From Tetramitus jugosus (taxonomy: Eukaryota > Protista > Heterolobosea): DNA of 64,000 bases. The notes beneath the pieces are model-generated. The model saw nothing but the letters and a program-made list of their open reading frames with translations. It was not told the DNA's origin and did not search any database. The position numbers and the translations under genes were made by a program. Below, piece by piece: positions 1 to 9,206 of the stretch. Positions within the stretch are counted from its first letter, which is position 1, and each line of letters begins with the position of its first letter. The stretch covers positions 124,001-188,000 of the forward strand of contig OW569377.1 of assembly GCA_937625935.1 (NCBI GenBank), read 5' to 3'.

Positions 1-486
1 GTAGATAGAATGAGTAAGGATCTCTCAGAATACAAAGCACGAGAGGAGCAACAGATGAACGAATTAGAGTCTTTCCGAACGGAAACATTAGCAATGAGAC
101 ATTCAATCAAAGAGAAAGAAACTGAAATAAGGAGTCTTAGGGAACAATTAACCACTCAAACTGAAACGCTGAAACAAAGTGATGTACTCCACCAACAAGA
201 CGAAGCAATCAAGCAATTGAGAAATGAAAAAGACTCAATGAAGAAAGAAAACAATACAATGAAGAATGAGATAGAGCAGTTAAAGAGTCAGACTATGGCA
301 TTGCAACGAAAGTTAGACGCACTTGATTATGAGAATCATGACATAGCCAAGAGGTACATTGAAGAAATGCACAGTATGAGGTTGAAACTGGCCAATATTA
401 ATGAATCAAAGGAGTTTGAGGACTACGATTTCGATGACGAAGACAGCGCAATGACTGCCGATATAAAGCAAAGCACAAAGACGTAA
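1..486 (+). CDS. Coiled-coil protein, 3' end (probably truncated by the window edge)
   Basis: Open frame from the window start; E/K/Q/L-rich heptad-like sequence with an acidic tail. Confidence 0.6.
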   Translation, partial: VDRMSKDLSEYKAREEQQMNELESFRTETLAMRHSIKEKETEIRSLREQLTTQTETLKQSDVLHQQDEAIKQLRNEKDSMKKENNTMKNEIEQLKSQTMALQRKLDALDYENHDIAKRYIEEMHSMRLKLANINESKEFEDYDFDDEDSAMTADIKQSTKT

Positions 487-493
487 TGGTTGT

Positions 494-2314
494 CTATTTG
501 ACCTTTTTCCGTTTATTGTTCTTCTTCGTGATGATGAGTCCTTTTCTCTTCTGGGGACCAATCACCTTCTTTGCTGGTGCAGATTCTGGCTCAACAATCT
601 CAGTGTTGATAAACTTCTCCACCTTTTCCTCTTCGCTCAAATGTCGATTACGGACAAAACAAGAAACAAAGAAACCATTGGTCAAATGTTCCTTTGGATA
701 ACAACGGATCACATAGGGAGCAATTCGTTCCATAGAGTAATACTTTCCCAATCGCTTATCATTGCATGTTCCCCTACTCGTCCACTCTGGGAAGCACTTG
801 TAAAGGCCAAATAACTCTGAATTATCATTCTTTTGTGGTAGTGGCTGATTATTCAAAACATTGAACACTGTTTTTTCATTCTCAGTTTCATGAATGGAAC
901 AAGTCGAATAGACGACGCATTCCACATTAGGGAACGAAAATGCATGTTTCAGCAATGTACATTGGAAGTTGTGCAGCTTATCTAGTCGTTGTTGACTCTC
1001 ATCGTTAACTCCTCTTCCAACAATACCACTTCCGGAACAACTTGGATCCAACATGATTGCTCTCACATTCTTAAACTTCTCATCGTTTGGATCCACTGTT
1101 AAAAAGTCCTTGTGAATCGGTTGAACCAAGTCATTCTCCAATCCACCTGCAGCCTTCAATCGATTCTTCAAAATCTCAACACGTTTCACATCTCTATCAA
1201 ACGCAAACACTTTCATATTCTTTCGATTGGCATCAAGTGCGACACGAGCAGCCAAAAACGATGTCTTGTTTCCAGGTGCAGCACACGCATCAATAAAATC
1301 AAACTTTTTCTTGTTCTTGGCCGATGAAGAAATGAGATTCAACTTGTTCAATGTTTGCATCAACACGTGAACTGGCATACAACTCGCCTTGTCTTGAACA
1401 ATCACTTGTCCCTTTTGAACAATGGATAATTCGTGAGTAGCAGTTGTAATTGGATAGAGCAACAATAGCTCTGGTATGTGTTCGTCCTTGATGACATGTT
1501 TCTTGCTGTTTCGATCCAAAACATTTGCACTTTCATCATTCTTGTTCACCATACTAGTTGTCTCGTCATCACCGTTATCATCATGCTCAAATCCCAATCG
1601 CCTCAACTCGTCAATTACACTCTTTTCATTGCTCTTTAATGTGTTTACTCTTAAAAATCGATTAATAAACTCTTGTTTTTGACTGTTATTGTTGTTACTG
1701 TTATTGTTGGATTGAGTATCATCGTGATACTCTGTCGAAAACTGACTCAATCGCAACAAATCTTCATTATTCTTCACCTTTTCATTATTGTCAATCTTCA
1801 ATTGCACCAATGTTTGATTCCAAACCGAGTAATACTTTGTTTTAATCAGAGGAAACAATGGATGATGCAATTTCAAAAAACTTTCAAACATATTCTTGAG
1901 TAATTGAGTGTCCTGTGATGCCTGACCGAATAGTGTCTCATATACTGCTACCATGACCATACTCTTGTCCACCAATTGTCGTTTTCGTTTCTCATTTTTA
2001 ATGTAGTAGGAGAAATTGGATTTTTGTAAAATCGTATCAATGACCTTGTGATATTTGAGTACTTGGCAGCACAGGGCAAATGTGAGAGATTTACTGACAA
2101 TGGATGAATCACCGAGTGCCAATGACTTGACTGATCCCTTGTGCTTGAGTACCTTGTCAATGATGGAAGCGACTTGTCTATAAATGGTAAACATGTGAGC
2201 TCCTTTGAATGGTCGTGACTTTTTTTTCGTTGTTGCATTGTTTGTTGATGATGATGCTTGTTGTTGTTGTTGTTGTTGATCAATAGCAGCAACCTTTTCG
2301 ACCGAGTCACTCAT
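494..2314 (-). CDS. NSUN5: rRNA cytosine-C5 methyltransferase, NSUN5/Rcm1-like
   Basis: QDKASC, IDACAAPGNKTS, LDPSCSGSG and VVYSTCSIHETENE motifs; C-terminal TNGFFVSCF. Confidence 0.9.
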   Translation of the reverse strand: MSDSVEKVAAIDQQQQQQQASSSTNNATTKKKSRPFKGAHMFTIYRQVASIIDKVLKHKGSVKSLALGDSSIVSKSLTFALCCQVLKYHKVIDTILQKSNFSYYIKNEKRKRQLVDKSMVMVAVYETLFGQASQDTQLLKNMFESFLKLHHPLFPLIKTKYYSVWNQTLVQLKIDNNEKVKNNEDLLRLSQFSTEYHDDTQSNNNSNNNNSQKQEFINRFLRVNTLKSNEKSVIDELRRLGFEHDDNGDDETTSMVNKNDESANVLDRNSKKHVIKDEHIPELLLLYPITTATHELSIVQKGQVIVQDKASCMPVHVLMQTLNKLNLISSSAKNKKKFDFIDACAAPGNKTSFLAARVALDANRKNMKVFAFDRDVKRVEILKNRLKAAGGLENDLVQPIHKDFLTVDPNDEKFKNVRAIMLDPSCSGSGIVGRGVNDESQQRLDKLHNFQCTLLKHAFSFPNVECVVYSTCSIHETENEKTVFNVLNNQPLPQKNDNSELFGLYKCFPEWTSRGTCNDKRLGKYYSMERIAPYVIRCYPKEHLTNGFFVSCFVRNRHLSEEEKVEKFINTEIVEPESAPAKKVIGPQKRKGLIITKKNNKRKKVK

Positions 2315-2467
2315 GGCTGTTGTTCTGTTTGTGTGTTTTTGGTGAGTGTTTGGTCAAAGATTTTTTGTGTGAAATGTTCAACTATTTTCATGAGGCAAAA
2401 AGGCGGGAGAAATCTTTGTTTTGTTTTTTTTACAGTTTGCAGATTAGTTGTTACAATATGGTATGTT

Positions 2468-3472
2468 TTAGAGCAAGTGATCAACAGATTCAGTTGGCAT
2501 GGCCAAACATTCGTCTTGGATCTCCTTGAACAACACAGTGGACAAGTATCTTTCACCATAGGATGGAACAATGACAACAATCAACTTTCCTTCGCTTTCT
2601 GGTCTCTTTGCAATCTCGAGACCAGCGTGGATAGCAGCACCAGAACTGATACCAATCATGAGTCCCTCCTTGAGTACAACTTCTCTTGCAGTATCGATTG
2701 CTTGTTGACTGTTGACCTTGAAGATTTCATCAGCCAAATCAAGTTTCATCACTTCAGGGACGAATCCAGCACCGATACCTTGAATCTTGTGAGGTCCAGG
2801 TGTACCTCCGGACAAGACTGGAGACTCTTCTGGTTCCACTGCCACAGCATGCAATTGTGGCTTGTGTTGCTTGAGGAATGTAGTCGTTCCAGTAAATGTT
2901 CCACCTGTACCGACACCACTGATAAACACATCAATCTTTCCATCAGTGTCCTTCCATATCTCTGGTCCAGTTGTTTCATAATGCACTCTTGGATTAGCAG
3001 GATTCTTGAACTGTTGAAGCATGAAAGAATTTGGTGTCTCTCTCAAAATTTCTTCTGCCATGGCCAATGCGCCCTTCATGCCCTTGGCAGCTGGTGTAAG
3101 AATGACACGAGATCCAAAACACTTGAGCAACACTCTACGTTCAACACTCATTGAATCAGGCATGATAATAATGGATTGATAACCCTTGGATGCTGCAATA
3201 AAGGCAATTCCGATACCAGTGTTTCCTGATGTTGGCTCAACCAACACAGTCTTTCCAGGTGTGATCAAACCGTCCTTTTCTGCTTGTTCAATCATACTCT
3301 TGGCAATACGATCCTTGACAGATGCCAATGGTTCTCTGCTCTCGAGCTTGAGTGCCACTCGTCCCTTGCAGCCCTTTTCGTTGGCTAGTTTGTCAATGAA
3401 GACCATGGGTGTGTTGCCAATGAGGTCAACGACGCTGTTGGCAATATGTGGGAATGTAGTTGTAGAGGACAT
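2468..3472 (-). CDS. cysK: Cysteine synthase (O-acetylserine thiol-lyase)
   Basis: IGNTPMV, SVKDRIA (PLP lysine), [32 protein letters not shown]. Confidence 0.96.
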   Translation of the reverse strand: MSSTTTFPHIANSVVDLIGNTPMVFIDKLANEKGCKGRVALKLESREPLASVKDRIAKSMIEQAEKDGLITPGKTVLVEPTSGNTGIGIAFIAASKGYQSIIIMPDSMSVERRVLLKCFGSRVILTPAAKGMKGALAMAEEILRETPNSFMLQQFKNPANPRVHYETTGPEIWKDTDGKIDVFISGVGTGGTFTGTTTFLKQHKPQLHAVAVEPEESPVLSGGTPGPHKIQGIGAGFVPEVMKLDLADEIFKVNSQQAIDTAREVVLKEGLMIGISSGAAIHAGLEIAKRPESEGKLIVVIVPSYGERYLSTVLFKEIQDECLAMPTESVDHLL

Positions 3473-4058
3473 GATGATTTGATTGGATGTGATTGCTGTT
3501 ACTTCGTTTTTTGCTCAGTTGTTGAGTTCTTGCACATAACTTGGGGTTTTTTGTAGCTCTGTGGGAAATTTCAACGCGGAGTTCGATTGCGGGATTACGG
3601 ACTACGATCGAAAAGAGAAAATTTGTTGTCCGAAGCTCGTTGTCGAGGAAATGCGAATGACACAGGACCTGTGATATTCTGAGTGGTTTCTGCACGGACT
3701 TGCAACACAAATAAAACACACAAAAGTGAGTCATAGGATTGTCTCTTGGAATTATTCTTGATGGAGAAGGAACATCACAACGATTGAAACTCCCCTAAAA
3801 CATGTATTATTGATTGACTGTGTTACAATCCTCTTGAGTCTTCTTCTATTTCGGAGCTCATTTGTGAATACCCATTTGTGCGCTTCAATCCTTTCCGTCA
3901 ACTGTGGGGGCATCAGCTTTCTGCGCACTAAATGTTGTTTTGCAGGCAGAACTCAAGCATTGCTAAAACTCAACCACAAGGCCTACTCGAAGTACGCTGC
4001 ACCAACAACACAACAAAAACAACAAGCACTCGTATTCCTTCGTCACATCTATCTTGCC

Positions 4059-5111
4059 ATGACTCAGCCGAGCTCTTTGGGTCGCGAAAAAACAAAATCA
4101 CAAGAGGAAAACAAGAAGAACAATATTGCCACAGAAAAAACACCAATGAAGAGTGCACCATCATCATCATCGCCGGAACTCATCATGCCATCCTTTTCTA
4201 ACCTGCCACAACTCGTCTCAAGTGATATTAAGCAAATTACGGAACATGACCCAGCGTACACGACGCCATTGGATTTATTGTTTTATCCTGGTCTTTGGGC
4301 ACTCATGCTCTATCGGTTTGCTCACGTGCTCTACGTTCGTTTCCATCTCAAATTTATTGGAAAGCTCATTTGCTTTTTGGCGCGCATGCTTACAGGCGTG
4401 GAAATTCATCCTGCCGCCCAAATCTCACACTCTTGTTTTATTGACCATGGGCATGGTGTTGTGATTGGTGAGACTGCGATCGTAGGTCACAATTGTACAC
4501 TATTTCATGGAGTCACTTTGGGTGGCACTGGCAAGGAATTTGGCAAGAGACATCCTACTTTGGGAAATTTTGTAAAGATTGGTGCAGGAGCCAAGGTGTT
4601 GGGCAATATTTTTGTGGGTGATGGGTCAAAGATTGGAGCAGGATCAGTCGTTGTCAAGGATGTGCCAGAAAACAGCACTGTAGTGGGTATTCCTGGTCGC
4701 TGCATTAGCAATAGCAAAAAGTTGCATACGAATGATCCTGTTCATGTGAGTGCGAGCGATAAGGTACCATTGTTGGCAGCGTCGGATGAAGTGAACAACA
4801 CTGCTTCCGCTCCTGCAATCACTGAAAAGAAAAGAGCGGTGCACATGCCTGATATTGATGCTGAGGCAATTCGTGCGCTTTACCGTAGAGAGATGCGCCT
4901 CGAGACAGAACTAAAACTGATGGCTCATAGGTTAAGGATACTGGAGGAGCGCGCCACAGGAGAGAAGCCATTGGTGGAACCTTCCATGGCGACGAGTCCT
5001 GTTGTGCCATCTGAATTGGCTACGGTTTATGAGAGAACTCATGATGACGAGAGCTTGGATTTGTTGGTGAAGCAGTCGCAGGTAGAGCTGCTCGATGGTG
5101 CTGGCATCTAA
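4059..5111 (+). CDS. cysE: Serine O-acetyltransferase
   Basis: DPA..YPG, TGVEIHPAA, FIDHGHGVVIGET, GVTLGGTGKE.GKRHPTLG hexapeptide repeats; C-terminal Ile (..GAGI). ATG at 4059 preferred over the TTG at 3810. Confidence 0.93.
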   Translation: MTQPSSLGREKTKSQEENKKNNIATEKTPMKSAPSSSSPELIMPSFSNLPQLVSSDIKQITEHDPAYTTPLDLLFYPGLWALMLYRFAHVLYVRFHLKFIGKLICFLARMLTGVEIHPAAQISHSCFIDHGHGVVIGETAIVGHNCTLFHGVTLGGTGKEFGKRHPTLGNFVKIGAGAKVLGNIFVGDGSKIGAGSVVVKDVPENSTVVGIPGRCISNSKKLHTNDPVHVSASDKVPLLAASDEVNNTASAPAITEKKRAVHMPDIDAEAIRALYRREMRLETELKLMAHRLRILEERATGEKPLVEPSMATSPVVPSELATVYERTHDDESLDLLVKQSQVELLDGAGI

Positions 5112-5196
5112 GATGAATTGAGGCAAAGCCTTTTGTACAATGTCAATAAAATTATACTAGGTAGTATAATTCCTTCAAAAATTGTTTTATTCTCGA

Positions 5197-7923
5197 TTAC
5201 AAAAATTCTAAATTCTTCCTCATCTTCTCAGCAATATCGAGGAACAATGGCTTATCTTTCTTGATGACATGCTCCAGAATAAACACCGTGATGACATTCA
5301 AGAGATCCAGTTCAATGAAATTATCACTTTGCTCCAGTCTTTGTTGGAAGATACGAAGTGCACCTTTGAATCGGTCATGATCCATCTCATGTTGTTGCAA
5401 TTCTTTCCTCATCCTCTCATTACAATTTCTGAAATGATAGTTCATCTGCCTAATTTCATTATTGAACTGAGTGTGGGCATACTCTATCAAGCTACCAACA
5501 ATGTAGGCAGTACTCTGTCTTTCTGTTATAATATGTCGTTCAGTGGTTATGATGTAGAGTCGGTTGGTCATATCAATTAATTTTCTATTCTGATCATCTA
5601 ATAGACCTATTCCAACACTCATGTAATCGTTCCATTGAATCAGTTCATAAGATTGCACCTCCTCTAAATCATCTGTTGCATTTTGGTAATAGATCTTTGA
5701 GAATCTACTTTCGACTATTGATTTGTTCTTGTTCCATGACTGTTTTGCATTCAGCTCTTCAAGATTGATTTTAGTAGAGGCTCGTTTTTCACTCTTTGGT
5801 TTTTGCAGTAGATTTTGGAACAACTTCTTTCTGGTACTCGTCTGCTCGACGACAGGTTCGTTCTTCCTCGTAAGAATTGTTCCCTTCTTTTTAGCGATTT
5901 TGTTCGCTGTTAAACCTTTCGCGTTTTTGATCGTGGTATCAGGATTACCCAAATTAATGAACATGTCAACATAATCGTTACTCATTGCTTCATCGCTGAG
6001 TGTGAGAGCTAAATGAAGGGGAGTATCTCCATTATCGTTTTTGATATTTAAGTCAACTTGAGTACTAATTGTTAATAGTTTGGCGATATCGTATTGCTGA
6101 GCTGTCACAGCCATATGTAGTGGCGTAGCTTTGGTCAAGCTATCCTGTTCAGCAAATGCCTCCTTCAGAGTATCAGAAGAACAGAAGCTGATAATTTTCC
6201 ATAATGACTGTTGATAGCCATGCTGGCAACAAACATGGAACACGGATTGACGCATCTCGTCAGTACTCTTTATCCACTTAAAGAAAGTATCCTCTCCACC
6301 TACTCTTTCTGATTCTATTCGCATTCTTCTGAGCAACAAGTCTACAACATTGGGATGTGACAAGGCAGAGAAGAGTGGAGTTTGACCCTGGCGGTTCTTG
6401 CAGGTAAATATAATGCTCTGATTCGTTGGAGCAGCGTCAATTAGATAGTCAATCTTTTCAATGTCTCCAGCCTCACACATGCTGTGTAGACATGTACCCT
6501 TCTTTCCAGTAAAAGTAATATCAGCTCCACACAACAACAAGTTATCTGCACACTCGAAATTTCCATTTCTGATCGCAATTAGCAATGGGAAGTTATCATA
6601 ATTGTCTCTAATATTTGGCTTTGCTCCTTTAGACAACAAAAGCAAACAAGCTTTTGGACAGTCACTAGAACAAGCGTAATACAATGGAGTGCTATCAGTC
6701 TTATCTTGAGCATTCACATCTGCTAACCAATTATCGGCCAAATAGGTAATGATGAGTAGTGCTTCGGATCTCGCAGCAGAATGGAGCAAAGTGCAGTTCT
6801 TGTGAGAGGCGTCTAAAAACGTGGTTGATAGATCGATGAACGAATCCACGATGCCATTCGTAGCCACCTTGTTCAAATGAGCAGATACTGCATCTTCAAA
6901 CAAGTTCTTAAAGTGCTCAAATAGAACTTTTTCGTATTCATCGTGAGAATATCCAGTATTGTAGGCCTGTTTTCGGTTCTCCAGTATCAAATTGTGAAGC
7001 TTGCGGGTCGTATTGACCGACTCACCACCGAGCCATTCAAAATTAGTATGTGGTTTTTCCTCCAGTGAGTCATCAGCGTCATCTTCATCGTCTGAATGGC
7101 TATAATCCTGCACGAGAGCACCCAAATCAAAATCATCTGTAGAACTTGTTCCCAACAGAGTCGTACTCGTCTCTTCATGAACAAGTTGTCTCAATAATTG
7201 TGGTTCTGGCGTGTAGCTACTAGAACGGAACGATTTTTGAACAATGGGAGACAAAAGGGATGGTCTAGGAGGTGTCATGACAGAAGAGCTATGCTTTCTC
7301 TGTTCAGAGTACATATCGAGCTTACTAGTGTCCATTGATATGGCAGCAGACAATAGAATATTGGATGATTGATTACCGCCCCAACTCTTACTGAGATTGG
7401 ATCGCGATGTTTCCTCTTGGAGATCACTGATACTGCGATGCGTATCGATCGAAGATGCAGCAGCCAGCGAAGAGCGAACAACTTTATGACCGCCCCGTGA
7501 ATAGAAGGATAGTGGGGAAGAGCTTAGCTTTGGTGAAGAGTCTCCCATGGGACTCCTTGGGCTCGATGAGGATGCAGAGCTTGACCTTCTCAGAAAAGAG
7601 TACTTTTTGGGTTGACTATTGTTGCTCGTTGAACCGTCATCTACACTTTCTGATAAATGCAGTTGTTGATGAATGCTCTTTGTCAAGAGTTCATGACTGA
7701 CCAAGGATTTTGAGCTAGAGTGCTTTCGAGTGCGCACAGCTACGGGGAAATATTTGGAATGAACGTCTTTGGAAGCTTCTGAAATGTGAAACACAGCTTG
7801 CATGTGTCTTGCCAGAGAGATGATACATTGCTTGTTGTGTGTACGATTTGCATCATGGTGAATCATCATGTGATTGTTTGATGCAGTTGACACTGTCGTA
7901 GTGACACTATTTGGCGCGCTCAT
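5197..7923 (-). CDS. Ankyrin-repeat protein with C-terminal hemerythrin-like domain
   Basis: Several TPLH/TPLY ankyrin repeats; C-terminal WNDYMSVGI.LLDDQ.RKL...H...H..F...HV...D hemerythrin pattern; Ser-rich N-terminus. Confidence 0.8.
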   Translation of the reverse strand: MSAPNSVTTTVSTASNNHMMIHHDANRTHNKQCIISLARHMQAVFHISEASKDVHSKYFPVAVRTRKHSSSKSLVSHELLTKSIHQQLHLSESVDDGSTSNNSQPKKYSFLRRSSSASSSSPRSPMGDSSPKLSSSPLSFYSRGGHKVVRSSLAAASSIDTHRSISDLQEETSRSNLSKSWGGNQSSNILLSAAISMDTSKLDMYSEQRKHSSSVMTPPRPSLLSPIVQKSFRSSSYTPEPQLLRQLVHEETSTTLLGTSSTDDFDLGALVQDYSHSDDEDDADDSLEEKPHTNFEWLGGESVNTTRKLHNLILENRKQAYNTGYSHDEYEKVLFEHFKNLFEDAVSAHLNKVATNGIVDSFIDLSTTFLDASHKNCTLLHSAARSEALLIITYLADNWLADVNAQDKTDSTPLYYACSSDCPKACLLLLSKGAKPNIRDNYDNFPLLIAIRNGNFECADNLLLCGADITFTGKKGTCLHSMCEAGDIEKIDYLIDAAPTNQSIIFTCKNRQGQTPLFSALSHPNVVDLLLRRMRIESERVGGEDTFFKWIKSTDEMRQSVFHVCCQHGYQQSLWKIISFCSSDTLKEAFAEQDSLTKATPLHMAVTAQQYDIAKLLTISTQVDLNIKNDNGDTPLHLALTLSDEAMSNDYVDMFINLGNPDTTIKNAKGLTANKIAKKKGTILTRKNEPVVEQTSTRKKLFQNLLQKPKSEKRASTKINLEELNAKQSWNKNKSIVESRFSKIYYQNATDDLEEVQSYELIQWNDYMSVGIGLLDDQNRKLIDMTNRLYIITTERHIITERQSTAYIVGSLIEYAHTQFNNEIRQMNYHFRNCNERMRKELQQHEMDHDRFKGALRIFQQRLEQSDNFIELDLLNVITVFILEHVIKKDKPLFLDIAEKMRKNLEFL

Positions 7924-8194
7924 TTTTTAGCTCAATGTTCACACACACTCAATGCCCTTGTCTTTCTAAAGAAAATTGTTGTTGTAGTGACAAAGCTGTG
8001 AAATTGTCAAATACTTGTAGTTTTCCTCTGAAGAGAGTCGTGTTTGTGTTTTTTCCTTTGGTGTGAGGAACAGACCAATAGAGTCGCAGAGTCTATGTGC
8101 TTCTTTTTGGGCACTCAGTAAGAGATCGTGACACAAGGCGTCATCCATCTAAAGTAACACGGAGAATCGCGAAGAAGAAAACAAAAAAGAAAAT

Positions 8195-8950
8195 ATGGTT
8201 GATGGGACGTCGAGTGATATCAATCGACCTCTGATATTGTTGGTAGGGGACAGTCTTACACAACATGGTTCTCAAATGTCAATCAGGGGATGGGTTTCTC
8301 AGTTGGTTGAATGGTATGAAGGCAAAGCTGACGTTATAAACAGGGGTTTTAGCGGATATACTTCCCGCGTAATTTTGCCTATTGTAAAAAATTTGCTGCA
8401 AAGCGCAAGAGCTCAATGGGGAGGTACAACTACAGTAGACAATCCAACTTTTTCCGGACAAGAAAATCTCGTTGTATTGTGCATTGGTGCCAATGATGCT
8501 GCTTTGCCAGAATCTGCTCAGCATGTACCTCTCGAGGAGTATGAGCAAAATGTTAGAGCTTGTGTTCATGAGTTTAAGTCTTGGAACGGTTTCCAAACCA
8601 TTTTGATACCACCCCCACCTCTCATTCAAGCCAAGTGGGACAATAGATGCGTCAATTTTGGTCAGAAATCTGGATTTAGAGCACTGGACACAACTAGAGA
8701 ATACGCAAATGTGATTGCCAAGATTGCTGCCGAAGAAAAGGTTCATTTTGTCGATTTGTGGCAACATGAGAGCTTGTGGATCAATGAGAGTGAACAATTG
8801 TTGTCAGATGGTCTTCATTTGAGTCCAAAAGGCAATGACTTGTTTTTTAAACTGCTCACTGACTGCATCCGTGAAAATGTGCATGAGATGAGTGCTGAAA
8901 GATTGTCCCTTGTTCCGCCATACTGGAAGCACATGTTGGGTCTCGAATAG
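8195..8950 (+). CDS. SGNH/GDSL esterase, IAH1-like
   Basis: GDSLTQ, NRGFSGYTS, IGANDA and DGLH blocks. Confidence 0.9.
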   Translation: MVDGTSSDINRPLILLVGDSLTQHGSQMSIRGWVSQLVEWYEGKADVINRGFSGYTSRVILPIVKNLLQSARAQWGGTTTVDNPTFSGQENLVVLCIGANDAALPESAQHVPLEEYEQNVRACVHEFKSWNGFQTILIPPPPLIQAKWDNRCVNFGQKSGFRALDTTREYANVIAKIAAEEKVHFVDLWQHESLWINESEQLLSDGLHLSPKGNDLFFKLLTDCIRENVHEMSAERLSLVPPYWKHMLGLE

Positions 8951-9206
8951 AAAAAAGATTTGGGAATAAGAATGGACAAGCCATTGTGTCACCAGTATGC
9001 TCTTGTTCTAGTTTGATATACGGTGTGGTATGAGCTTGTTTCCTATTCTAACATACTTCCTTTCTCGCAACACTTCCTTGTAATAAATTTGTAGTGAAGG
9101 ACTCAAACTGATGTATGAAGAATGAACAAGCGCGCACAAGCAACTAAAATAACAACCTACAAACAAGAAAAATTCTTGTGGTTTTTCATTTTGGGAGTAA
9201 AATTTA

